A stretch of DNA of 64,000 nucleotides from Puia sp. (GTDB lineage: Bacteria > Bacteroidota > Bacteroidia > Chitinophagales > Chitinophagaceae): positions 595-64,594 of the forward strand of contig DATJWE010000230.1 of assembly GCA_035501475.1 (NCBI GenBank). The letters are read 5' to 3'. The translations under genes and the position numbers were made by a program. The notes under the pieces were generated by a model. It saw only the letters and a program-made list of their open reading frames with translations. It had not been told where the DNA came from and did no database searches. Below, piece after piece: positions 43,499 to 53,294 of this stretch. Each line of letters begins with the position of its first letter. Within the stretch, counting starts at the first letter, position 1.

Positions 43499-44058
43499 CG
43501 TCAATAAGAAAGATCATTACATAAAAATGTAGTTTTCAGGGGGCTAAGTGCTTTCTTGTAGATCCCTTTTCGAATGGATTTTGCCATTGTTAAATTTTGG
43601 TCAAAAAAATAAAAAAAGCTGGAGATAGGGCTGCTTTTATCCACATTCCTCTCCTTTGGCATAATTTATGTTTTTAATTTCCAAGTTCTCTGTTTTAGTA
43701 AAAATTGAAGTAAGATATTGATTTTTAATCCTTTAAAAAACAGAGCCAACTGGATTGTATCCAATAATATCCAATGATTGCTTTTAGCAGAAATAATATT
43801 TCGTTCAATTACATGAAAAAGTCTTTTCTACGGTTTAGGGTTTAGGGGTTAAAAAGGGGGGTATTCCTACTCCCCTTCCTTTTATTCCTGACTGTAACCT
43901 ACCTTATCTTATTTCAAAAATCCGGACCATCCCGTTTTTAATCTCTTTTTTGCCTTAGAAAAACCTATAATATACATCGGTAAGAATTTACCAATGTCCG
44001 GGAATCACCGTCAAACCAGTTTCCGAAAGACCACCTTTTTGCCCCTTATTGTAAAAAG

Positions 44059-44073
44059 CCTCCTCCAAGGAGG
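44059..44073. terminator. Bidirectional-looking terminator downstream of hemJ
   Basis: AAAAAG-CCTCC-tccaa-GGAGG-TTTTTT, with A/T tracts on both sides. Confidence 0.55.
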
Positions 44074-44122
44074 TTTTTTATTTGGTCCTAACTATTTTAG
44101 ACGGAGATTGATAGAAATTGAA

Positions 44123-44650
44123 TCAACTGCCGGAACGAAGACGCTTGTAGATATTTATCGCGCTAAGCAGTATCACCATTAATAAAACGAGCCCCACCAG
44201 TGCACGTAACCAGCTCATTGTTTCTTTTACAGTGGCAATAAATATAATACTAAAAAGAAAAACAGTGGCCACCTCATTCCATATTCTCAGTTGCTGCGAA
44301 GTATATTTAAAAATACCCCTTGCCTGCTGCCTGTAAATAACGTGCAGGGAAAAATGATAGAGATATAACAACACTACAAAGATTAACTTAACTGCAAGCC
44401 ATTTCGGAAATGATCCCATGAGATACCAAACCCAGGGACCCAAAATCAAGGTCAGCATAGCAGATGGCCATGTTATTCCCAGCCATAATCTTTTTATCAT
44501 CACGCCAAACTGTTCTTGTAAAATTCTTTTCCTGGGTTCTTCTTTTTCTTCTGCTTCCGTGTTGTAAATAAATAAGCGGACAATATAAAATAATCCGCTA
44601 AACCAGGTGACTATGAAAATAATGTGCAGGGCTTTGATATAATTGTACAT
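44123..44650 (-). CDS. hemJ: Protoporphyrinogen IX oxidase, HemJ type
   Basis: IKALHIIFIVTWFSGLFYIVRLFIY and a 4-5 TM topology, typical of the HemJ (TIGR00701-like) family. It is adjacent to hemH. Confidence 0.8.
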   Translation of the reverse strand: MYNYIKALHIIFIVTWFSGLFYIVRLFIYNTEAEEKEEPRKRILQEQFGVMIKRLWLGITWPSAMLTLILGPWVWYLMGSFPKWLAVKLIFVVLLYLYHFSLHVIYRQQARGIFKYTSQQLRIWNEVATVFLFSIIFIATVKETMSWLRALVGLVLLMVILLSAINIYKRLRSGS

Positions 44651-44721
44651 TTCAGTTGGTTTATGATTGGCTGCGATGAAAAGTTAAATTTCCTATCCAC
44701 TCTAAATGGCAAACAAAAATC

Positions 44722-45777
44722 TTACCCATGCAAAATCATCGACTGATCGCCTGCAATATATTTTTTTATCCATCCCGCAACTGCATTCACCCACAATCGA
44801 TCGTCGTTTAAACAGGGAATCATTGTAAATGTTTCTCCTCCGGCTGACAAAAAACTTTCCTTTCCGCGCATGGCTATTTCTTCCAGCGTTTCCAGGCAAT
44901 CGCTTACAAAAGCGGGACAAACCAGGACTAATTTTTTAATTCCTTCTTTGGGCATATCCAGCAACCGGAAATCAGTATAAGGTTTCAACCACTCTTCCCT
45001 GCCCAATCTCGATTGAAACGAATAACTGAATTTATCTGCAGGAATTTTCAATTGTTTAGTAACTAAGTCTGTTGTTGTCAAACATTGATGACGATAACAT
45101 TTTGCGTGAGCCGGTGAATCGGTTTCGCAACAATTAGCTGCCCGGAGACAATGATGACCAGTAATATCAGTTTTTTTCAGGTGCCGTTCAGGAATTCCAT
45201 GATAGCTGAATAATATATGATCATAAGGTTGTTGCAGATAGGGCTCAATATGTTTACTCAGCGCAGCGATATAGTCTGCATTATTATAATAAGGTTTGAT
45301 AATTGTAAGATTAAATCCATGTCTAGCTTTTTTATGGATTTCTTTCGCCTGCTCTACCGCCGTCTCATATGAAGACATGGCATAGTGCGGATACATGGGA
45401 ATGGCAATCACTTCTTCGATACCCTTCACTTTTGCGATAAGATGATTATAAGCTGTTGCAACAGATGGGTTACCATAACGCATCGCAATTTCCACCGGCC
45501 CTTCTATTTGTTGTTGAAGCAGGTCCCGGAATTGCCTGGTGATGGCAACCAGCGGAGATCCATTATTTGTCCAGATCTTTTTATATGCTTCTGCGGATTT
45601 AGAAGCTCTGAAGGGAACAATAATGCCTCCTACAAGTAATTTTCTGAAGAGGAAGGGATAATCAATCACTCTCTTGTCCATAAGGAATTCCATAAGGTAA
45701 CGACGCAAATCCTTAACGCCAGTGGAATCCGGAGATCCAAGATTCAGCAAAATTATTCCACACCTTTTTGTATTCAT
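44722..45777 (-). CDS. hemH: Ferrochelatase
   Basis: GIILLNLGSPDS...YPHYAMSSYET...FSYHGIPE. I prefer the ATG at 45777 because the longer ORF starts at TTG and contains the -7 box. Confidence 0.92.
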   Translation of the reverse strand: MNTKRCGIILLNLGSPDSTGVKDLRRYLMEFLMDKRVIDYPFLFRKLLVGGIIVPFRASKSAEAYKKIWTNNGSPLVAITRQFRDLLQQQIEGPVEIAMRYGNPSVATAYNHLIAKVKGIEEVIAIPMYPHYAMSSYETAVEQAKEIHKKARHGFNLTIIKPYYNNADYIAALSKHIEPYLQQPYDHILFSYHGIPERHLKKTDITGHHCLRAANCCETDSPAHAKCYRHQCLTTTDLVTKQLKIPADKFSYSFQSRLGREEWLKPYTDFRLLDMPKEGIKKLVLVCPAFVSDCLETLEEIAMRGKESFLSAGGETFTMIPCLNDDRLWVNAVAGWIKKYIAGDQSMILHG

Positions 45778-45785
45778 GCTGCCTG

Positions 45786-45793
45786 CAAAAGTA
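45786..45793 (-). promoter_or_regulatory. -7 box TACTTTTG for hemH-hemJ
   Basis: On the minus strand, 8 nt before the ATG at 45777. Confidence 0.45.
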
Positions 45794-45939
45794 ACGACTG
45801 CCAATAATCAAAGCGTATACACGAGCAGGCATTCTTAAAAAAAAAAAACTGACATTTCTCAATCTGAAGACTAAGGAAGATCAAGCGGATAAATGACAAT
45901 CCAATGACACAAAAATTCGGTTAGCGATAACCGCAGATT

Positions 45940-45947
45940 TACTTTTG
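45940..45947 (+). promoter_or_regulatory. -7 box TACTTTTG for the hemA operon
   Basis: 11 nt before the ATG at 45959. Confidence 0.45.
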
Positions 45948-45958
45948 TCGTATTGTAA

Positions 45959-47200
45959 ATGATGAATAGGAACAAGCCCATAGATTTATTGAATTTTTTT
46001 GTAGCAGGCATCAATTATAAAAAAACCGATGCCCTGGTGAGAGGTTCATTTGCCATCAGCCAGGAACAATATGAAAACATTCTTGCCCTCGCACCATCAC
46101 GTGGATTAAATGAACTATTCATTTTGTCAACCTGCAACCGCACGGAAATTTATGGATTTGCTGAATCGGCCGGGCAGCTTGTCGATCTCCTATGCTCCCA
46201 GACAGTGGGCAGTAGGGGATTGTTTACTGAACTCGCCTATATCAAAAAAGGGCCTGATGCAATCAATCATTTTTTTAATGTAGCTGCTGGTCTTGATTCC
46301 CAAATCTTAGGTGATTATGAAATAATCGGGCAAATCAAACAGGCGATAAAATTTGCAAGAGAAAGAAAATTTATTCATTCTTTTACTGAAAGAATGGTAA
46401 ACAGCGTTCTTCAGTCATCTAAAGTGATAAAAAATGAAACGGGACTCAGTGGAGGAACTGTTTCCGTTTCTTTTACCGCCGTGCAGTATATCAGGGAAAA
46501 AGTAGTTGATGCTGAAAACAAAAAAATTCTTTTGATAGGAGTGGGTAAGATCGGCAAATCCACCTGCAAAAACCTGATCGACTATCTCTCTGCGAAGCAA
46601 ATCACACTTATTAACCGCACTGAAGAAAAAGCAGCTGATCTCGCTGGTGAACTTGGAATTTATTATGCCCCGGCAGATGCGTTGGAACAACAGATCACCG
46701 CTGCAGACATTATTCTTGTGGCAACTAACGCCAATGAGCCCGTTATATTAAAAAATCAACTTGAAAATAAAGGAAAGAAACTTATTCTCGATTTGTCCAT
46801 TCCCTATAATGTTGAAAACCAGGTCAGGGACCTTCCCAATATCCAGCTTGTTGATGTTGATGAACTATCGAAACTGAAAGACGAAACAATCAGGAAACGG
46901 GAAGCAGAAATTCCGAAAGCAAAAGCAATCATTTCAAAACATTTTAATGAGCTGATGGAATGGCATGAAATGCGTAAACATGTTCCTGTTCTCAAAGCAG
47001 TAAAAACGAAACTGAAAGAAATTCATACCTCTCCATTATTTTTACAGTCATCTTCTGACGAAGATTTTCTCAACAACGGCGCGGATGAAAAAATCCAGCG
47101 CGTAATTAATGGAATGGCAACAAAAATGCGCAACCATAATCAGCGGGGTTGCCATTATATTGAAGCCATCAATGAGTTCATTGCCAGTAGCACAAACTGA
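45959..47200 (+). CDS. hemA: Glutamyl-tRNA reductase
   Basis: GINYKKTDALVRGSFA...LSTCNRTEIY...GVGKIGKST. Confidence 0.92.
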   Translation: MMNRNKPIDLLNFFVAGINYKKTDALVRGSFAISQEQYENILALAPSRGLNELFILSTCNRTEIYGFAESAGQLVDLLCSQTVGSRGLFTELAYIKKGPDAINHFFNVAAGLDSQILGDYEIIGQIKQAIKFARERKFIHSFTERMVNSVLQSSKVIKNETGLSGGTVSVSFTAVQYIREKVVDAENKKILLIGVGKIGKSTCKNLIDYLSAKQITLINRTEEKAADLAGELGIYYAPADALEQQITAADIILVATNANEPVILKNQLENKGKKLILDLSIPYNVENQVRDLPNIQLVDVDELSKLKDETIRKREAEIPKAKAIISKHFNELMEWHEMRKHVPVLKAVKTKLKEIHTSPLFLQSSSDEDFLNNGADEKIQRVINGMATKMRNHNQRGCHYIEAINEFIASSTN

Positions 47201-47205
47201 CAACC

Positions 47206-48174
47206 ATGCGCAAGCTGCTCCGGATCGGAACAAGAGAAAGCCAATTGGCTGTCTGGCAGGCAAACCAGGTAAAAAATTTATTGGCTCATCACGATATCAA
47301 ATCAAAACTTGTTTATATAAAAAGTGAAGGGGATCTTGATCTGAAAACTCCTTTGTATGAAATGGGTGTACAGGGAATATTTACAAGAAGTCTTGACACT
47401 GCCTTACTGAATGACAGGATTGATATTGCCGTACACTCAATGAAAGATGTGCCCACCCAGATGGCCCAGGGTATTGCTCAGGCTGCAGTATTGAAAAGAG
47501 GAAATCCGAAAGATCTTCTTGTGTGTAAAGGTGAACGGGAAAATATATCAGGCAGGCTTTCTATATTGAAAGATCAGTCAACCCAACCTGATGACTCCGG
47601 TGGTCCTGCATTGACAATCGCTACCAGCAGCATTCGCCGCAGAGCACAATGGTTGAATCGATATCCTGGACATCACCTGGAAAACCTGCGAGGCAATATC
47701 AATACCCGGTTGCGGAAGCTGGTCCAGAGCAATTGGGACGGAGCCATTTTTGCTGCTGCGGGATTGGAAAGAATGGAACTTCGGTCAACCAATACCATTG
47801 AACTTGAATGGATGCTGCCTGCGCCAGCCCAGGGTGCGATTGTAGTTGTTTGTAAAGAAGGAGATAACAACATGCTCGAGCATTGTCATCATTTGCACGA
47901 CGAGCAAACCGCGCTCTGCACTAAAATCGAACGGGATTTTCTCCGGACTTTATTAGGCGGTTGCTCCACACCTATCGCAGCGCTGGCTGAAATTGAAGAA
48001 GATGATTTGTATTTCAGGGGTAATATATTAACCCCGGACGGCCAACAGAAAGCTGAAATAGAAAAAATATTACCGGTAGACAAATCCATGAATATCGGCA
48101 ATACGGCTGCAGAAGAAATACTGAATAATGGAGGAGAAGAAATCATAGCCCGGATTCGACATGCAAAAAACTAA
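47206..48174 (+). CDS. hemC: Hydroxymethylbilane synthase (porphobilinogen deaminase)
   Basis: IGTRESQLAVWQA...AVHSMKDVP...RGNINTRLRKL...GGCSTPIAA. Confidence 0.92.
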   Translation: MRKLLRIGTRESQLAVWQANQVKNLLAHHDIKSKLVYIKSEGDLDLKTPLYEMGVQGIFTRSLDTALLNDRIDIAVHSMKDVPTQMAQGIAQAAVLKRGNPKDLLVCKGERENISGRLSILKDQSTQPDDSGGPALTIATSSIRRRAQWLNRYPGHHLENLRGNINTRLRKLVQSNWDGAIFAAAGLERMELRSTNTIELEWMLPAPAQGAIVVVCKEGDNNMLEHCHHLHDEQTALCTKIERDFLRTLLGGCSTPIAALAEIEEDDLYFRGNILTPDGQQKAEIEKILPVDKSMNIGNTAAEEILNNGGEEIIARIRHAKN

Positions 48175-48901
48175 AGCACGCATATTATCGACTGCAATTC
48201 TTTCCCAATCACTCATTGATATGGGAAGAGAAAATGGTATGATCATCGACACCATTTCATTCACAGACATCCGGCCGTCGGTCAATGAAGAAACAGAAAA
48301 AAAGATAGCTGAGTTCAGTTCTAAAAAAATGACCGCTGTTTTCACCAGTGCGCACGCAGCAGAAACCCTGATAAACAAACTCCAATCCAAGAAACCTGAC
48401 TGGAAAATTTATTGCACCGCCGGCAATACTAAAAAGACTGTCAGCAAATATTTTGGAGAAGGCTTAATTGCAGGGGCTGGCGCCAACGCAGTTTCTATTG
48501 CTGATAAAATTGTGGCTGATCACATAAAAGAAGTACTATTTTTTTGCGGTAACCTGAGAAGGGATGAGATACCATCTTCACTTGCCAACCATGGAATTAA
48601 AGTGCATGAGGTTGCTGTCTATAATACAATACTAACACCTCAGCCTGTCGACAATAATTATAATGGAATTTTATTTTTCAGCCCCAGCGCCGTCGAAAGT
48701 TATTTTTCCGCAAATAAACCGGAAAAAGAGGTCGTATTATTTGCCATTGGCGATACTACTGCAGGATCAATAAAAAAATTTTCTCAAAATAAAATAGTTA
48801 TCAGTGAATCACCGGAAAAGGAAGGCCTGAGTAAATTAGCCATCAGGTATTTTCAAAACCATCCGGTTCATTACCCGACACATGACCAGTTTAAAAAATA
48901 A
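48161..48901 (+). CDS. hemD: Uroporphyrinogen-III synthase (HEM4 family)
   Basis: Called from its size, its position between hemC and hemE with overlapping stops and starts, and its two-lobe alpha/beta pattern. Sequence motifs are weak in this family. Confidence 0.65.
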   Translation: MQKTKARILSTAILSQSLIDMGRENGMIIDTISFTDIRPSVNEETEKKIAEFSSKKMTAVFTSAHAAETLINKLQSKKPDWKIYCTAGNTKKTVSKYFGEGLIAGAGANAVSIADKIVADHIKEVLFFCGNLRRDEIPSSLANHGIKVHEVAVYNTILTPQPVDNNYNGILFFSPSAVESYFSANKPEKEVVLFAIGDTTAGSIKKFSQNKIVISESPEKEGLSKLAIRYFQNHPVHYPTHDQFKK

Positions 48902-49925
48902 TTTATTACTGCGGGCCCTCAGGGGGGAACAGGTGGAACGGCCACCGGTTTGGATGATGCGACAGGCCGGCCGTTATTTACCCGACTACATGAAGTTGAA
49001 AGACAAATATTCTTTTTTTGAACGCGTGCAAAATCCAGAACTCGCAACCGCCATCACGCTTCAACCGGTGGATCAGATCGGAGTGGATGCTGCCATTATT
49101 TTTTCTGATATTCTTGTCGTCCTGCAGGCCATGGGACTTGAAGTGCAGCTGATCGAAAACAAAGGGCCTCTTTTACCCAACCCTGTGAAAAATGCTGCAG
49201 ATATAAAGCGGGTTCATCTTCCGGAAGTAAAAAAAGAACTGGACTATGTTTTCAAAGCATTACAATTGACTAAAAAAGAACTTAATGGCCGGGTGCCTTT
49301 GATTGGTTTTGCCGGTGCTCCCTGGACCTTACTATGCTATATGGTAGAAGGGCAAGGATCTAAAACATTTGACCAGGCCAAGGCATTTTGTTATACACAG
49401 CCTGAACTGGCTCATCTTTTATTGCAGATGATTACTGACACTACAATTGCTTATGTGCAGGAACAGGTTCGGTCAGGCGCAGACGTTATACAGATTTTTG
49501 ACAGCTGGGGCGGATTATTAAGTCCTGATGATTTCAAAAATTTATCATTACAGTATATCAGGCAGATTATTGAATCTTTAAAAGAGGAATCACTGTCAAT
49601 CATCTTTGCCAAAGGCGCCTGGCATGCACTCGGAAGTATGGCCGAAACAGGCGCCAACGGACTTGGGCTGGATTGGTGTATTTCTCCAACGATGGCGAGA
49701 AAATTTTCAGGAAACGATATTACGCTGCAGGGCAATCTGGATCCTGCCAAATTATTATCCCCGATTCCAGATATAAAAAGAGAAGTCCGGAAAATGGTTG
49801 AAGAATTCGGCAGCCAAAGATATATTGCGAATCTTGGTCACGGCATATTGCCAAATGTTCCCGTTGATCATGCGCGGGCTTTCGTGGAAACAGTTAAAAA
49901 TTATCATTTCGAAAAAGTAGTATGA
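48882..49925 (+). CDS. hemE: Uroporphyrinogen decarboxylase
   Basis: [16 protein letters not shown]...IIFSDILV...NLGHGILP. Confidence 0.95.
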   Translation: MTSLKNNLLLRALRGEQVERPPVWMMRQAGRYLPDYMKLKDKYSFFERVQNPELATAITLQPVDQIGVDAAIIFSDILVVLQAMGLEVQLIENKGPLLPNPVKNAADIKRVHLPEVKKELDYVFKALQLTKKELNGRVPLIGFAGAPWTLLCYMVEGQGSKTFDQAKAFCYTQPELAHLLLQMITDTTIAYVQEQVRSGADVIQIFDSWGGLLSPDDFKNLSLQYIRQIIESLKEESLSIIFAKGAWHALGSMAETGANGLGLDWCISPTMARKFSGNDITLQGNLDPAKLLSPIPDIKREVRKMVEEFGSQRYIANLGHGILPNVPVDHARAFVETVKNYHFEKVV

Positions 49926-49971
49926 GGGTTTTGATTTTTATCACGACAGTAAAAGAATAACCTGAAATATT

Positions 49972-50928
49972 ATGATAGATAACCCGGCAATAAATAAAAA
50001 AGAAACGCTTGCTTTCAGGGAAAAGTGGATTTTGCATATTATTGACCTGCAACAACATATTTGCAGCAGGTTGGAAGAAACGGATGGCGGAACACAATTC
50101 ATAGAAGATGAGTGGCAAAGATCGCCGGACGGAAAAGGTGGTGGCGGCAAGACAAGAGTGATCACAAATGGACAGGTATTCGAAAAAGGAGGTGTGAATT
50201 CATCTGTTGTGTATGGAAAAGTGAGTGATATTATGCGCAAACAATTGAAAATCGAGGGCGATAAATGGTTTGCCTGCGGATTATCGATTATCATTCATCC
50301 ATTGAATCCTTATGTCCCGACCGTACATGCCAACTGGCGCTATTTTGAATTGTATGATGAAACTGGTTTCGCTACAGACCGTTGGTTTGGTGGCGGCACT
50401 GATCTCACCCCCTATTATCTTTTTGAAGAAGATGCAACACATTTTCATCGCACCCTAAAAAATGCTACAGATCCTTTTGGTCCCGAATTATATGGCCAAT
50501 ATAAAAAGGCATGCGATGACTATTTTTGTAATACGCACAGGAATAAAGAAAGACGTGGTATTGGAGGCATTTTCTATGACTATCTTCGTCCCAAGGACGA
50601 GATTGATGCAGAAAACTTAATGCGTTTTCAGGAAGCCTGTGGCAATGCTTTTTTAGAGGCCTATATTCCGATCGTAGATAAGCGAAAAAATACTGAATAT
50701 ACTGAGCGGGAAATCGGGTGGCAGGAAATCAGGCGTGGACGTTATGTAGAATTCAACTTAATTCATGACAGAGGTACTTTGTTCGGGCTAAAAACCGGAG
50801 GTCGTACGGAAAGCATTTTGATCAGCCTTCCTCCCCGGGCAAGATGGGAATATGATTATCGACCTGAACCCGGGAGTGCGGAAGAACAATTATTAAGTGT
50901 ATGCCTTGAGCCAAAGGAATGGATATAA
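49972..50928 (+). CDS. hemF: Oxygen-dependent coproporphyrinogen-III oxidase
   Basis: GGGGKTRVITNGQVFEKGGVNSSVV...WFGGGTDLTPYY...RRGRYVEFNL. Confidence 0.92.
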   Translation: MIDNPAINKKETLAFREKWILHIIDLQQHICSRLEETDGGTQFIEDEWQRSPDGKGGGGKTRVITNGQVFEKGGVNSSVVYGKVSDIMRKQLKIEGDKWFACGLSIIIHPLNPYVPTVHANWRYFELYDETGFATDRWFGGGTDLTPYYLFEEDATHFHRTLKNATDPFGPELYGQYKKACDDYFCNTHRNKERRGIGGIFYDYLRPKDEIDAENLMRFQEACGNAFLEAYIPIVDKRKNTEYTEREIGWQEIRRGRYVEFNLIHDRGTLFGLKTGGRTESILISLPPRARWEYDYRPEPGSAEEQLLSVCLEPKEWI

Positions 50929-50947
50929 ACTTTTTTAAAAAAATAAA

Positions 50948-51922
50948 ATGTATTTGCAGAGAAGAAACAGAATCTTACGTCAGTCACAAGCGATTCGTTC
51001 ACTGGTAGCCGAAACAATACTGACGCCAAATGATTTTATCGTCCCTTTGTTCATAGATGAAGGCAAGGGAGTGCAAACCGAAATTGCCTCTATGCCCGGG
51101 TATTACCGCAATAGTTTAGATATTACAGTGAAAGAAGTGAAAGCGTTATGGGATTTGGGATTGAAAGCTGTTTTATTATTTATAAAATGCAGGGACGAGT
51201 TGAAGGATAACACGGGTAAAGAAGCCTGGAACAGTAATGGATTGATGCAGCAAAGTATCCGTTCGATTAAGGAGGCAATTCCAGGAATAACTGTAATGAC
51301 TGATGTTGCACTCGATCCTTATTCGTCCTATGGACATGACGGCATCGTCAAAAATAATGAAATCGTCAATGATGAAACAGTCGAAGCCCTGGTTCGGATG
51401 AGTTTGAGTCATGCCGAGGCCGGAGCGGATTTTGTTGCGCCAAGCGATATGATGGACGGCCGCATTGGAGCTATCAGGAAAGGATTCGAAGAAAACGGTT
51501 TTACTAAAACAGGCATCATGGCATACAGCGCCAAGTATGCATCCTGTTTTTATGGGCCATTTCGTGATGCGCTCGATTCAGCGCCCGGATTTGGTGATAA
51601 GAAATCCTACCAGATGGATTATTCCAATCGGATTGAAGCAATCCGGGAAGCACAGATGGATGTGGAAGAAGGAGCAGATATCGTCATGGTGAAACCGGCC
51701 CTTGCTTATCTCGATATTATCCGTGAAGTAAAAAATGCAGTAACCGTTCCCGTTAGCGCTTACAATATTAGTGGAGAATATGCAATGATCAAGGCGGCAG
51801 CCAAAATGGGATGGATCGACGAAAAGAAGGCCATAGTGGAAACATTGACTGCAATCAAAAGAGCCGGAGCTGATTTGATTGCAACGTATTTCGCCCAAGA
51901 CATGGCAAAGCTGATCAATTGA
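50948..51922 (+). CDS. hemB: Porphobilinogen synthase (Asp-rich, non-zinc active-site type)
   Basis: DVALDPYSSYGHDGI occupies the place of the Cys-rich zinc motif. Also present: MVKPALAYLDII and AYNISGEYAM. Confidence 0.92.
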   Translation: MYLQRRNRILRQSQAIRSLVAETILTPNDFIVPLFIDEGKGVQTEIASMPGYYRNSLDITVKEVKALWDLGLKAVLLFIKCRDELKDNTGKEAWNSNGLMQQSIRSIKEAIPGITVMTDVALDPYSSYGHDGIVKNNEIVNDETVEALVRMSLSHAEAGADFVAPSDMMDGRIGAIRKGFEENGFTKTGIMAYSAKYASCFYGPFRDALDSAPGFGDKKSYQMDYSNRIEAIREAQMDVEEGADIVMVKPALAYLDIIREVKNAVTVPVSAYNISGEYAMIKAAAKMGWIDEKKAIVETLTAIKRAGADLIATYFAQDMAKLIN

Positions 51923-51958
51923 AAAATCTCAACTTTTTATTTTGATCCGGCATTAAAA

Positions 51959-53242
51959 ATGACTCACGAAAAAAGCAAACAATTATTCGACCGGGCTCAG
52001 AAAAGCATCCCCGGAGGTGTCAATTCGCCGGTCCGTGCATTCAGGAGCGTCGGTGGTTCACCTTTATTCATCAGCCGGGCTAAAGGCGCTTATCTCTACG
52101 ACGCAGATGGGAATAAATATATTGACTATATCTCTTCCTGGGGTCCGATGATCCTCGGTCATGCCTATGAACCTGTCGTCAAAGCCATTCAGGAAAAAGC
52201 GCCATTCTCCACTTCTTATGGAGCCCCAACAGAACTGGAGGTCGAAATGGCAGAACTGATCATCAGCATGGTCCCGAATGTGGATTTAATCAGAATGGTC
52301 AGCAGCGGCACAGAAGCCTGTATGAGTGCCATCCGTCTGGCCAGGGGATTTACTGGAAAAAATAAAATTATCAAATTCGAAGGTCACTATCACGGACATG
52401 CGGATTCTTTCCTGGTGAAAGCCGGGAGTGGCGTGGCCACTTTCAATATTCAAACGGTACCCGGAGTTACAGCCGGTGTAGCCAATGATACCCTGACCTG
52501 TTCTTATAATGACCTGCCTGCCGTTGAGCAATTAGCGCATGAGCATCGGGGTGAGATAGCAGCGATCATAGTAGAGCCTGTTGCCGGAAATATGGGCTGC
52601 ATTCTTCCCAAACCCGGTTATCTTGAAGGATTAAGGAAGATATGTGATGAAAAAAATATCGTATTCATTCTTGATGAAGTGATGACCGGTTTTCGCCTGG
52701 CTCCGGGTGGGGCACAGGAAAAATTAAATATTCGCGCTGATCTCGTAACCTATGGTAAAGTGATTGGCGGTGGAATGCCTGTTGGTGCTTTTGGGGGCAA
52801 AAAAGAAATTATGGAACATATTACACCGTTAGGAAATGTCTACCAGGCGGGTACCCTGAGTGGGAACCCGATCGCCATGATCGCTGGATATACGATACTG
52901 AAAGAATTAAAAAATAACCCCTACATTTATAAAGAACTGGATGAAAAAACAATTTATCTCAGTCAGGGATTGGATAAAGTTTTTCAGTCGACAAATATTC
53001 TTTATGTAATCAACCAGTTGGGTTCGATGATCAGTGTGCATTTCAGCGATCACCCGGTGACTGATTTTACTTCGGCGGCTTCTGCAGATAATCAACGGTT
53101 CAAAAAATTTTTCCATGCCATGTTGGAAAAAGGCATCTATCTTCCTCCCTCTCCTTATGAAAGCTGGTTCCTTAACAATGCGCTAACCAAAGAAGACCTG
53201 GATTACACCATTCAGGCCGCAGGAACTGCTCTGTCATCCTAA
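51959..53242 (+). CDS. hemL: Glutamate-1-semialdehyde 2,1-aminomutase
   Basis: [10 protein letters not shown]...[13 protein letters not shown]...DEVMTGFR...[14 protein letters not shown]. Confidence 0.95.
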   Translation: MTHEKSKQLFDRAQKSIPGGVNSPVRAFRSVGGSPLFISRAKGAYLYDADGNKYIDYISSWGPMILGHAYEPVVKAIQEKAPFSTSYGAPTELEVEMAELIISMVPNVDLIRMVSSGTEACMSAIRLARGFTGKNKIIKFEGHYHGHADSFLVKAGSGVATFNIQTVPGVTAGVANDTLTCSYNDLPAVEQLAHEHRGEIAAIIVEPVAGNMGCILPKPGYLEGLRKICDEKNIVFILDEVMTGFRLAPGGAQEKLNIRADLVTYGKVIGGGMPVGAFGGKKEIMEHITPLGNVYQAGTLSGNPIAMIAGYTILKELKNNPYIYKELDEKTIYLSQGLDKVFQSTNILYVINQLGSMISVHFSDHPVTDFTSAASADNQRFKKFFHAMLEKGIYLPPSPYESWFLNNALTKEDLDYTIQAAGTALSS

Positions 53243-53294
53243 CTTTGTTCCTCAGCATCTCTGCGTCATATCAATCATTACAAAAAATTTTGTC

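Noticed and set aside
43832-43850. TTTAGGG x2 as a telomere-type repeat.
   Set aside because: There are only two units, embedded in a bacterial intergenic spacer. I treat it as a G-run cluster only.
43994-44182. A 62-aa plus-strand ORF in the ileS-hemJ spacer.
   Set aside because: It reads straight through the hemJ terminator hairpin and into hemJ antisense. Its composition is not protein-like.
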